Part shown: one piece after another, positions 26,345 to 38,299 of the stretch
Layout: each line of letters begins with the position of its first letter
How positions within the stretch are numbered: the first letter of the stretch is position 1
Source: Haplodiscus bocki
Taxonomy: Eukaryota
DNA length: 64,000 nucleotides
Direction of reading: 5' to 3'
NCBI GenBank assembly: GCA_965655095.1
Contig: OZ296659.1
Location: 33,790,001 to 33,854,000 of the forward strand
The notes under the pieces: model-generated
What the model was told of the DNA's origin: nothing
Seen by the model: the letters and a program-made list of their open reading frames with translations, nothing else
Databases searched by the model: none
Translations under genes and position numbers: made by a program

Positions 26345-27889
26345 TCCGAGGGTGTTTTTAATTTAAAAACTAAATTTCAGAGCATATTCATCTGAAAGTT
26401 TAGCACGTTTCAGTGGGTTTTCAGTATTATGGTTTATCATCATATCGTCAAAACCTTTTGACTTAGTGGAATGTTTCAGTTCTAGGTAAGTTCTTTTTAT
26501 TGGAAGTCCGTTTTTCAGGATTTTCAGTGAGCTAAACTAGTTTTTTCAGTTAAATCAAAAGGGGTCGGCCTTTGATTTTAGGTGCGAAAAATCACAAACT
26601 ATTAATCCCAATTGATTGATTTCAATTTTTTGATCATTTCAATTTCTTTCGAAAGTTTCAGACTTCAAATTTAGCTTTGGGAGTTTCACCACATGAGATT
26701 CTCACTTTATTCTGTTGCTCACATGAAAGAATTAACTTGGACGAACAACATGACGATTCACTTTGATGACGTACTATGACATAATAACATGTCAGTTCAT
26801 TTTAATGACCAAGTTCAACTTGTTGAGGTGTTCATCAAACATTTAAGGGTTTATTAGCGTGTCATCGTGAAAACTGGTTCAAAGTTATGAGTTAAAAAGA
26901 GAGCAAATGAGCAGCTTCGTCTGAGTTCTCGAAGTCTTTGCAAAATGAGCGTTTCTTCAGGCTTTTCATTCATTCCAGTCAGAAAGTATTTGGTTTCTTC
27001 GAAGTCTTTAGTAAGAGTTTTATATTTTCTGATGACTGTGCTTTCGTTGACAAAATTTTTTTCAAAAGTTGAGCAGGTGTGTGTGAAAAACTGAACAAAT
27101 TTAACTGGTTGGGTTAAAATGTGTGAAAACTTTCGGGAAACTCAGTTTCACTTTAAAATTTGACAAGTTGGGTGAAAGAGTTCCTTCTTCGAAATCGAAG
27201 CAGCTTCAGAAAATTGGTTCATGAAGCTTTTTAATAAAATTGGTTTAAAATTTGATAGATTTTTTATCATAATTTGACATATTCTCGGATTTCAGAAGTT
27301 ACTTTGGAGAAGTTTTCACTGTAAATGTTTCTTGGTTTGGACAGACTGAACAAAATTGCACCCTCTTATTTCTCTTGATTTCAACTTGATTGTACTGGAA
27401 CTGTTTGCGAGAAAAATATTTGATTCACAAAGCACTTGTGATTAATCACGTAGCACTTTGAGGTATGTAATGAAAATCAATGCAAAAAAAATAATTCATA
27501 ATTACAAAAGAAAATAAGGGTATTGTAATTTCAAACAAAAAAATTCCTAAAAGATTTATTTCGACGTTTTAAAAAGTTGGTGAAAAGACTCCAAGGTATA
27601 TTGTCGAACCAGTTCAGCGGAGAGATTTCATACTAATATGTGTCGCATTTTTCTTTGCATCGGAGCAATAATTTGGGTAACGCAGGGGTAAAGCAGTTGG
27701 AGCATCAGTAGTTAAACAGTTACAGTTGAATCAGTTTCACTATTCTGAATTATAGTGGGACCATAATGCAATTGAGATTATCCAACTGAGTAGTGGCAAA
27801 GAATTTGGGTAGGAAACATCGGTTTTGAAGAAAACATCAACAATCACAGCAATATCTATTCCAATGGAATATGATATATCATTGTTGGG

Positions 27890-28140
27890 CGAGCAACAAA
27901 TCCAGAAGTGCTGAGTCAGGAAATGCTGAGCAGGGCAGAATTGCAGAGCCGGAGCCATGTTGGAATGCCAGAAAGCTGAAAACCAGAAAAATGAAAGCCA
28001 GAAACCAGAAATCCAGAAGTCCAGCAACAGAGGTCCAGACAAAAAAGGCAGTGAGCAAATGAGACAAAAAGCCAGTGAGCCAAGGAAGAGGCAGTGAACC
28101 AGTGATGAGCCAGTAGAGAGCCAGCGAAGTGTTTCACAGG
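27890..28140. repeat. Short-motif array (A(A/G)CCAGAAA / GCCAGTGA) inside element A
   Basis: Repeated tccagaag, gccagaaa, accagaaa and gccagtga. The equivalent array in element B is at 48445-48610. Confidence 0.8.
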
Positions 28141-28227
28141 AAGAACAGAAAAATTTTCAAATTACAGAGGTATGTTTTTGTAAAAATTAAGTGAAAACTT
28201 TTATAAATATACAGAGTATTGAATCAC

Positions 28228-31200
28228 AGTTTAGCAGAAATATTGTTTAAAAATTCGCAGTGTAACGGTCGATGAAGTTTCCAGTATTCCAGACTTCTGT
28301 GAGGAATTTATGAAGGACGGTTAGATTTTGGAATCTTCTTAATTTTGCGACCTAGATTAATAGTCTACTGAGCCAAAGATTTTTTCACTGGTTTGTTTTT
28401 GTCTTGGAAAGTGCCAATTGTGTTGTGTTATGATATGATGAGGTTACACTGAGTCGTGTATATTTTTTTTCTTTACATGCAGAAAGATCCTGACGTGAAA
28501 GTATCGCAAAATATCAAGAGAGATGGTCAGAAAGTGTATAGTTAACATGCAATGTATCATTTCATACATAGGAGAAATATTCATCAGCATCAAAAGTTAA
28601 GGACAAGTATTGAGTTGCATGTTGGTTCATGAAATTTTCAGAATTCTCAAAAATCCATGTTTCGGAGAAACTTCCGTTTTTGGAAAAGTATCAATTTCAG
28701 TCTCAGAGAAAACCTTAATCACTTCTTTGCTTTAATTTTTCAGCGTCAGTGTTATTTCAATCCTCGAAGGATTTCAGTGAGTGGTCTGGAATTATCAGGT
28801 GAAGCAGAAGAGTACTGAAGGCGGAATCAGAGTCAGCGTGATTGTTTAACAGATGTGAGAAAAAATTGATTGGGGTACATGAAAACGATGGAAGTTAATT
28901 GCATTGAAATATTCACAATCTTCAGTGGTTTCCTTCAGAGCTTGAAGAGTTTTGTTGAGGTCTACTCATAACGCAACACTTTGGAACTCTGTTCGGAAAT
29001 TTTAGGACTTGGCGGTTTCGTTGTGGCAACCAGGAGAAGATGTAAACGTCGCTTTGAGGCGGGTATGAAAAGAATAATTCTATAATTTAATTTACTTTTC
29101 AAGTACAGAGTTTTTTTGGTAATATTTAGTAGTTTGAATCATAGAAAATCGATGTGAAAAACTTTACAATATTAAAAGAGTTTTTCCCGAAGTAAAAGAG
29201 ATGTCTTCAGTGGAATTAAATCATAGAAATTACAGTGGGAAATTAATGTTTCCTCCATAGGAATTGTTCATTATGAATTCTTTTCAGTGTTATTTTGAGG
29301 GGAGGTTTAGAGTGGAAACTTTTTCAGTAATGTAAGAGCAAGTTGCATTTCACAAGGAGAATAAATCCTTGTTTCCAGACTGAACTGCAAAATTGCGTGA
29401 GAAAAATGTGTGTCGTGATATCCACGAAGAACTTCCTTCAGAGTATCAATATCAAGCAAGTCAGCATCAATAGCTCGGAATGGTTCAAGTTTTCCTTCAA
29501 TTCGTCTCATAAGGTCAAACAATTTTTGCAACTCAGTTGTTTGATTATTGACAGGCTCAATTTCAAAAAATTATTTTCATAATACTTTCCAGATTTAGTT
29601 GCATCAGATACAGTTCGTGAAACTATTTGAGGAGTGGGCGAATATTGCTTCTTTGAAATGAAATTCGTTGATTGAGCAACCAGACAGAGTAATTCATTAT
29701 GAGATTAGTGTTGCGATGCAAAGGTTTTGTACATTGTCAGGGCCTTATCATTCAATGGATGGCAAAAGTTTTTCGCCAATGTGGATTTGGCTGAGAAACT
29801 TTGGCAGGAAAACGGTAAGAATCCTAATGTGCAGTGTCATTGGAACAAAACATTCCTGAGGAAAGTTCAGAGGTGTATCGGGATTTTTTGTTCGGGATAA
29901 ATAAACAAAAATGTTCAGAGGATCATAATTTGTCGGCGAAAGAACTGTATGTGCAGGTTTCAGATTATAAATCAAACGCAGTTGAAATTGAGGTGTAAAC
30001 TTTCTACTCCGAAAAAGGAAGTTTTGGTGAAGTTGGAAAGAATTTTCCCGAAATCGTTAAGGTGCCTCATGATGGTTACATTTTATTATTAACAGGTTGA
30101 AATTTTGGATTCGAATCATCAGTGTGTAAATCGAACACAGAGGGACGTAGAATTTTCAGTTGCAGAGTGAAAAATTTTTGGTTACTAATATTCCATTAAT
30201 CATATGAGGCTAAGTCTTATACGCATAAGACGAATATTCATCACTGTACCGATTTGGACTCAGTTGAAATTCATACGATGTTGAAACCATTAAAACCGAA
30301 AACAATTGCTGTTTGAATCGAAGTCTTTCACTAAAAATTGTGATGTTAAAGAATCATCTCGACGTAAATCAGGTTTCGACCGTTGATGAAAAAAGGCGGA
30401 ATAACATTTGAAGTGAAAAATGCAGAATCATTCCAATTTCTGTTTTCCTTTTTTGAGTTTTATGAAGAATCCGGTTCAGAGAAGTGAGTCTTTTTTGAGG
30501 ATTTTTTCAATCATATTTAACAGTTGAAGTAGCACTACATCCATCAAAGTTTAGCAGAAATATTGTTTAAAAATTCGAAAAGTAAAGTTTGATGAAGTTT
30601 TCAGTATTCCAGACTTCTGTGAGGAATTTATGAAGGACGGTTAGATTTTGGAATCTTCTTGATTTTGCGACCTAGATTATTAGTCTACTGAGCCAAAGAT
30701 TTTTTCACTGGTTTGTTTTTGTCTTGGAAAGTGCCAATTGTGTTGTGTTATGATATGATGAGGTTACACTGAGTCGTGTATATTTTTATTCTTTACATGC
30801 AGAAGGATCCTGACGTGGAAGTATCGCAGAATATCAAGAGAGGTGGTCAGAAAGTGCATGGTTAACATGCAATGTATCATTTTATACAGAGGAGAAATAT
30901 TCATCAGCATCGAAAGTTCAGGACAAATATTGAGTTGCATGTTGGTTCATGAAATTTTCAGGGTTGTCAATTATCCATGTTTTGGAGAAACTTCCGTTTT
31001 TGGAGAAGTATCAATTTCAGTCTGAATGAAAACAATAATCACTTCTTTACTTTAATTTTTCGACGTCAGTGTTATTCTGATCCTCGAAGGTATTCAGTGA
31101 TTGGTCTGGAATTAACAACTGAAGCAGCAGAGTATTGATGGGGGAATCACAGTCAGCGTGAATATTTAACAGATGTGAGAAAGGTTTGATTAGGGTACAT

Positions 31201-32860
31201 GAAAACGATGGAAGTTGTTTGCATTGAAGAATTCACAATCTTCAGTGGTTTCCTTCAGAGCTTGAAGAGTTTTGTTGAGGTCTACTCATAACGCAACACT
31301 TTGGAACTCTGTTCGGAAATTTTAGGACTTGGCGGTTTCGTTGTGGCAACCAGGAGAAGATGTAAACGTCGCTTTGAGGCAAGTATGAAAAGATTAATTC
31401 TAAAATTTAATTTACTTTTCAAGTACAGAGTTTTTTTGGTATTACTTAGTAGTTTGAATCAAAGAAAATTGGAAATGAAAAACTTCACATTATTCAAAGA
31501 GTTTTTCCCGAAGTAAAAGAAGTGTTTTCAGTGGAATAAAATCATAGAAAGTACAGCGGAAAATTACAGTTGCCTTCATAGGAATTATTCATGATGAATT
31601 CTTTTCAGTGTTATTTTGAGGGGAGGTTTAGAGTGGAAACTTTTTCAGTAATGTAAGAGCAAGTTGCATTTCACAAGGAGAATAAATCCTTGTTTCCAGA
31701 CTGAACTGCAAAATTGCGTGAGAAAAATGTGCGTCGTGATATCCACGAACAACTTACTTCAGAGTATCAATATCACGCAAGTCGGCATCATTAGCTCGGA
31801 GTGGTTCAATTATTTCTTCACTTTGTTTGATGAGTTGAAACAATTTTTGAAACTCAGTCGTTTGGTTATTGACAGGCTCAATTTCAGAAAATTGATTTGC
31901 ATAAATTCTTGCAGAAGTGGTTGCGTGGGCATCAGATACAGTTGGTGAAATATTTTGATGAGTGGGCCGGTATTCCTTCCTTGAAATGAAATTCATTGAT
32001 TGAGCAACTAGAGAGAGTAATTCATCATAAGAATAGTGTTGCGATGCAAATGTTTTGTACGATTTCATGGCCTTATCTTTCATTGGATGGCCAATGATTT
32101 TAGCCAATGTGGATTGGGCTGAGAAACTGGGGTAGGAATAAGGTACGAATCCGTATATGCAGTGTCATTGGGAAAACACATTCTTGAGGAATATTTAGAG
32201 GTGTATCGGGACTTTTTGTTCGGGGTAAGTAAACAAAAATGTTCAGAGGATCATACTTTGTTCGCGAAAGAACTGTATGTGCAGGTTTTAGATTATAAAA
32301 CAAACGCAGTAGAAATTGAGGTGTAAACTTTCTACTCTGAAAAAGGAAATTTTTGTGAAGTTGGAAAGATTTTTTCCCGAAAACGTTAAGGTGCCCCATG
32401 GTGGTGACATTTTTTTTGACAGTTTGAAATTTTGGATTCGAATCATCAGTGTGTAAATCGAACACAGAGGGACTTAGAATTTTCAGTTACAGAGTGAATT
32501 TTTTTGGTTATTAATATTCCATTACTCATATGTGGCTATGTCTTCCTCGCATAAAAGGTATTTTCATCACTTTACCGATTTGGATTCAGTTGAAATTTAT
32601 ACGATGTTGAAACCATTAAAACCGAAACCAATTGCGTTTTGAATCGAAGTTTTTCACTAAACCTGGGATGTCAGACAATCATCTCGACGTAAATCAGGTT
32701 CCGATGGTTGCTTCAGAAAAGGGGCATAACATTTGAAGTAAAAAAAGCAGAAACATTCAAATTTCTGTTTTTCTTTTTGGAGGTTTTTGAAGAATCCGGT
32801 TCAGAGGTTTTAGTTTATTGGGGATTTTTTGAATCATATTTAACAGGGGAAAAAGCACTA
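28228..32860. repeat. Direct tandem duplication (~2320 bp) inside element A
   Basis: agtttagcagaaatattgtttaaaaattcg occurs at 28228 and 30548. Paralogous ORFs 29343/31664 and 29748/32100. The copies are diverged, with patches of near identity. Confidence 0.93.
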
Positions 32861-33550
32861 CTAGAGTCTTCTTGGGTTTCCATCTCACCATTCAGAGAGC
32901 TCTTAGGCCAATGTAATGAAATTTTAACTTCAGTTATTGGAGTTGTATTTTTTCGAAAGATTGGAAAGCGAACTTTGCAAAGAAATCAATTTTCTGCAAT
33001 TACTTCAAACAATTTTTCCATCATTTGGAACAGTGATCACCACAGCTTAGTTTTCAAATTCTGTCGAAGGAGGGAAACTTTGCAAAAATGTTTTTGTGGT
33101 CCTTATGACGAGAAAATGTTAGTTTTTTTCATACGAGTTGAAATAGAGGTACAAATTTTATCAACTGGTTGAAGTTCCGTTTGGCCAATTGTATTCGACG
33201 GTTGTTTTGAAGCAGAAAATTTTAGAAAATAGGACCAATTTATCAAAAAAAAATGCAGTTTTTTGCAGTAAGAAGAATTGCTAAATTATTTCGCAGGCTT
33301 TTGTTTCTGAAGCACAAATTTTTTTCAGAATATTTCAGTGATTAAAACTTGAACTGATTGCGAACGAAAATTGTACTTCAGGGCTTCAAACTAAAACTTA
33401 ATGAGAAGAGAAAATTGCAGAGCTTGAAAAATGAACTTTATGGGAAGAGAAACAGAGAAAAAAATGGAAGATTACAGAAAATCAGAGAAATCAAAAAAGT
33501 CGAGATATCAATAGCTTTGAAGTATCATTATAAATTGCAGAAATTGATTC
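28400..33550 (-). pseudogene. Accessory ORF remnant(s) of unknown function 3' of env in element A (partly duplicated)
   Basis: TTMGHLNVFGKKSFQLHKNFLFQSRKFTPQFLLRLFYNLKPAHTV aligns with element B SIMTHMNVFGIILLPDKRSFVFQTRIITYHFPLLMFCILKPSYKI. EYRPT...SARIY...EPVNNQTTEFQKLF aligns with QYRPT...SAKNY...EHIN..QSTVFQKMF near 49900-50080. Confidence 0.6.
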
Positions 33551-33819
33551 ATTCAGTTTTGCTGTTTTAAAAGTTTGATACTATTCTCTGATATTTTTAA
33601 TGAGTATACATCGTCCAAAGTTAGGGTGCTTATGGGCAATATTTAGTGTTAGCAATTGTTTAAGGGGTATTGTCAGAGAGTTGAGTCAGAGATGATGATA
33701 TTATCTGGTTAAGAGCCAGAGAAGATTTTGCAGTTGACAATTTTGTGTTATGCAGACAGGGAGTAGGGAAGAATAAAAATATTCTCAGGATCAGCTATAT
33801 TAGGTTTGTCTTCGTCAAT

Positions 33820-36280
33820 TAACAGTGATCTTCAGGGCTCCTTGACTCCAGAAATTTGAGCCATAACTCCTGGTTTTTCTTTGCACACTTCTGAGATTTC
33901 CGGCTAATAAATTGTGAAAAGTAATCAGGAGGGTCATCAAGACGTTGAAAGCCTTTTCTTCGACGTTTTTCACTTTCAGCATCGTGCAAAACAGTGACCA
34001 TTTTTTATGTGGAATAATTTAAAAATCATTGAGTTCTGGAGCTCAGTTTTGTTTTTTTTTCATAAAGTGTATACTTAGTTGATATAGACTTTTATAGTTT
34101 CAGTAAGAATGTAAGGACAATTTGTAGAAAGAGCAAAGTGGAGAAATAAATTCCACATTGAGTTAAATTAAAACATGGAAATCCAAATATTGCATTATTT
34201 GTATCAACAAACCAGTCAGGAGCAAACAGATGGGCAATGTTTAAGAGGTGGTCTTGCAGACCGACCCTTAAAACATTGTAAGGATTAAATTGATTCCTGT
34301 TAGGAAGTGAGTAAAAATCAGTTCGATAATTTTCAGAAGTCGAAAATTTAAAAGAGAAGGCTCTTCCCAAAAGCTTCAACGTACTATCAGAAAGTTTCGT
34401 GAAGAAAACACTATTCCAGAAACTTGTTATTTCAGCGTTCGAATAAATTACAGCTTCTTCTGCAGTGAAGGTATTTGAGTTTAACACAGATTGAACTTAT
34501 TTCGGTTCAAAGAAGGTTGAAATAGCTCGTAATACAGGTTTTGGAATCAGTACTTATTGTTAATCCATATCAGGATCCAATGCTATGACTTTCTGTAGGT
34601 TCTTATCACAGGTTTTACGAGTAGCATATTTGAAACTTTGTCTTATAATGGGGTCAAACTATGGTACATTGTTTAGCTAGTATGTTGGTATACAAAAAAG
34701 CACAAATCGGCTCCATACAAAGGTAAAAAATTTAGGACAATCATAAAATCAAGCAGTAGAAACTTCTAACTAAAGCAAGTTACTGGATTTTCCAGTTAGC
34801 AGGTAACCAGTGAATTGAGGGTTTGAACAGACAATGCTAATCTGGTGAGCAATTGCATCCCTTTTAATTCACGTATATGCTTTATTAGATTCAGTTCTCG
34901 AATGGTTAAATATTTAAAGACTTGGTTGATAGAATAAACAACCTTTGCATATATGTGAGCATCATAGTCTACAGTGCCAAAACTAGTTGAATCAATCAGT
35001 GAAGGAAATTTTTTTTTCTTTTAAACAGAGTCGAATGCTAATGTAAAAGCTATTGAACTTTGGGTGAACGATGGTTATTCATCAACAACAATTGGGTTTA
35101 TCCCAATGTTCAGAAGAAAAACTTCACGATTAGTGTCAGAGTAATCGGGATACTGAGTTTTGTGCATTTGTGATGGTATTTTGCAGAAATACGTTTTGTG
35201 GAGAATTTTTCAGTTCTGATAAGGTTGGAGTAGTGGACCCCTGTGGTGAATTAATGTATGGAATGACAGTTGGCTGTAAGCTTTTATTAAATTTTTCAGT
35301 GTTTTTTCAGTACTAAACAAGAAGTCATCAGTCTCTAACCAGTAACGTTCATTCAATTCAGACATACGTCCGACAAAATCAGAGATGAGAAAAACTAAAA
35401 TTATTTTTTCAGTAAACCAGACAATAGTAGATAGATATTTCAATGTTGGTTCACAAAAACCATCAGAGTGAAGACATGAAAGGTGACGACCTTCAAGTAT
35501 TAACTTATCTAGTTTATCATCCTAATCCAGAGAGGTCTCTTCAATGAATAATGACCAACTATGTTTCTAAAACAGGTATTCTTGATTCTTTTTACATCTT
35601 GACTCTGTATTTTCAGTACAAGTAAACTAATCAAAATTATTTGCTGGATAGGTGAATACACCAGTTTGTACACTGTTCAGTTGCGCTACAATGAATGGCG
35701 TTTGTTTCTTTATGATTCGAACCTGAAAACTGAGTTCATCAATAAAACTGAAAAATCCATTAAAAGAGTATTGGGTCAGTTCGAGATTATCGATTCCAAT
35801 TTGGTTCTGGATAATAAAATTACATTCTTTCGGATCCAATTCTTTTGGTGATAACATGTAATTAGCATGCGATCATGTCTATAGTGTTGGTTATGTTCAC
35901 CCTCATCACAGAACACTCGTGTCTTTTGGATGGTTGCAGAGCATCGAAAAACTTTAGTTCTTTTTGGTTAAGCACGAATGAATACAGAAGCAAATATCCA
36001 AGTATATTCAGTTTCAATGGGAGCTTGAGCACACTTATGTACCCGAGTTTAGCTAATTTATCTCAAATTCATTTGTTTTGAACAATCATTAAGTGTGGAT
36101 GGTTGTTGAGTAATCCCGGGATCATCAGATTGGAATAGGTTTTTAGAGGTGCTTTTGTTAACAGTTTGCACCGGAGAGAAAATTATTACTACAGAGAAAA
36201 AATTTTTGTAATTCAAAGAAGAAATAAGGTTGTAAAAGTTATACTTCACCATTGATGATCGAACGGAAGTTCTTCATAGT
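33820..36280 (-). pseudogene. Envelope-like membrane glycoprotein of element A (class III, chuvirus/gB-like), pseudogenised
   Basis: N-terminal hydrophobic stretch (FFSVVIIFSPV), then NDCSKQMNLR*ISKTRVHKC. Cys-containing ectodomain (FRCSATIQKTRVFC, LDPKEC, TIVWF). C-terminal TM CGIYFSTLLFLQIVLTFLLKL. About 800 codons, lying downstream of pol. Confidence 0.75.
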
Positions 36281-36299
36281 AAGTAAACTGTAAATTAGT

Positions 36300-37816
36300 C
36301 AAAACAAATATACCAGAGAAATTCATTGTTTAATTCGAGTCGAAATCGGAAATACATGACGATTTAATCAGAAGAATTTTACAAACATTTCAAATTTTTT
36401 TCAGCAGTAGTTTGAGTTATTCCAGACAGTTTTCAACTACGAGTTACGAGTGATAGTAGAATCAGGCATAATACTGTTGTTTCTGTGTACAGAAAGAATG
36501 TGTGTTCTCAGATCTTGTGTTCTTCTATGGGATGAATTAATCTTTGAACATCGAGTCTCAGTGGATAATGATATGGATCAGGTGTAGGAGGTTTAGAACT
36601 TTAGTCTAGCGATTAATATGGAAGCTCGGCAAAAAGATTAGCATTCGTTCAAGAGACTGACTATTGTTCTCCAGTAGGATGAGTGAATCTGGGTCGTGAG
36701 TGAACTGTGAAAGAAGTTCAAATTTTAAAGCAAGGTCTTATTGAAAATGGAATATCAGAAAGAGAATGAGTAAGATTTTGAGACGTATATGAATGAGGTT
36801 TTGCGTGCTGACGCAACAATGCAAAGATTGAGCTTGGGTTTGAATTTGTACTGGAAGAAGACGACGGTTGAATTGGTCTTGATCTCAAATTCTAAGAACG
36901 GTTTACTTTTCTGGAAGATGTTAAAGTAATTTTTGATGAAAATTCAGATTCACCTTTCGGAAATTAATCAACAGAAAAAGTGAAGAATAAACTCGAAGAT
37001 AGTTTGGGATACAACAAAAAAAACGTTCCAGAACTAAGATCACAGAGGGTTTTCAGATTACGTGTAATTTCATCTTTAGATTGTTCAACAACTTTGTTTT
37101 GCGGAGCAGACGTAGAAGGTTTATCACAGAGTGCAGCGTCGAAAGACTTTCGGTGCTTGAAAGACTGCGATTTTCTTGCCACAGATTTAGTAAGAGGTGA
37201 AGACAGTAATGGAGTTGGAAGACGTTCTTTTTGAGATGGATCCGAGATTGGAACATCTTTAGGGGTATTAACCGGGGTTGTAGCCACAGGTACTGGTCTC
37301 GTTGATTCGGGAGGTCTTCGAACAGTTACGAAATTTTGATTAATTTCTCAGCCGAAGAAGTTTTCCAGAATTAGTTGATGTATGTACTAAAAATCCAGTA
37401 CTTAAAAACTTTGAGTTTTTTTCAAAAACTGGTTTAAGGTGAAAGTTGTATTTTTAGATAAATCCGGAGGTGAATCCAAGAATAAGACAGTGTCAGGAAA
37501 GAAAAAACTAGATACAGGATTCAATGGGTTCAAAACTAAATACAGATTCTCAAGAGGTATTGGAATTACAGTTATCAATATTGTAATACTTCAAAAGTTT
37601 TCAGCTGCAATAAAGTACACTGAATATTGTTGCAAAATATTCAGTTTCAGTTTTAAGAGAAAACTTTTCGGTTTCGGTGTGTTGCAATTCTTTCCAAATT
37701 AAATAGCAGATTCTCAAAGTCATAAAACGAGAGTTACAATCTAAATGAACAAGGGAGAGATTATTGTGGATGTTTCCATACACTTTCGAGCCTTTTCGAT
37801 GAACATCTTCATCCAT
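36300..37816 (-). pseudogene. Unknown ORF between pol and env (element A)
   Basis: Fragments 37601-37816 and 36964-37287 (S/T/P-rich). KSSKPPTPDPYHYPLRLDVQ near 36580 matches element B KNSRSLTPDPNKYLLILVIQ (53986-54240). Confidence 0.5.
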
Positions 37817-38299
37817 TTAGGTAATAAGTTAAATTGAAGGTATATCCGGAGAAGAATGTAATGGAAGAAAATTGCGATCAAATTTTCTAGCTTTTGGTCG
37901 TGAATCAAATTTGGTTCAGTTTATTATTCTGGAGGCCTGTGGTTGGTTAGAACAAAGAAAAGTTTTTGATTTGTTAACGATAGACGTGGGAGAGTCATAA
38001 ACTGGACCAGTGTGAGGAAGATCAGATTCTTCAAAAAAATTTTTTGAACGATTGAGTTTTTGAACTTCTTGGTTTGTGATAAAAAATTTCAGAATCAACT
38101 TTTAAACAAGATGGAAGATATATAAAATCATGTGAATTTACAAAAATGTATAAAACATTATCAAACATAAGTGATGTATTATCATAGTTATTACAGAATA
38201 GATCATCATCAAAAACAAGATCATCTATATCAGAGGTATCATTTGAAGTGTATCAATCATTTTGAATCATGTATGTTGCATCAGAATCATGATTTTTTT

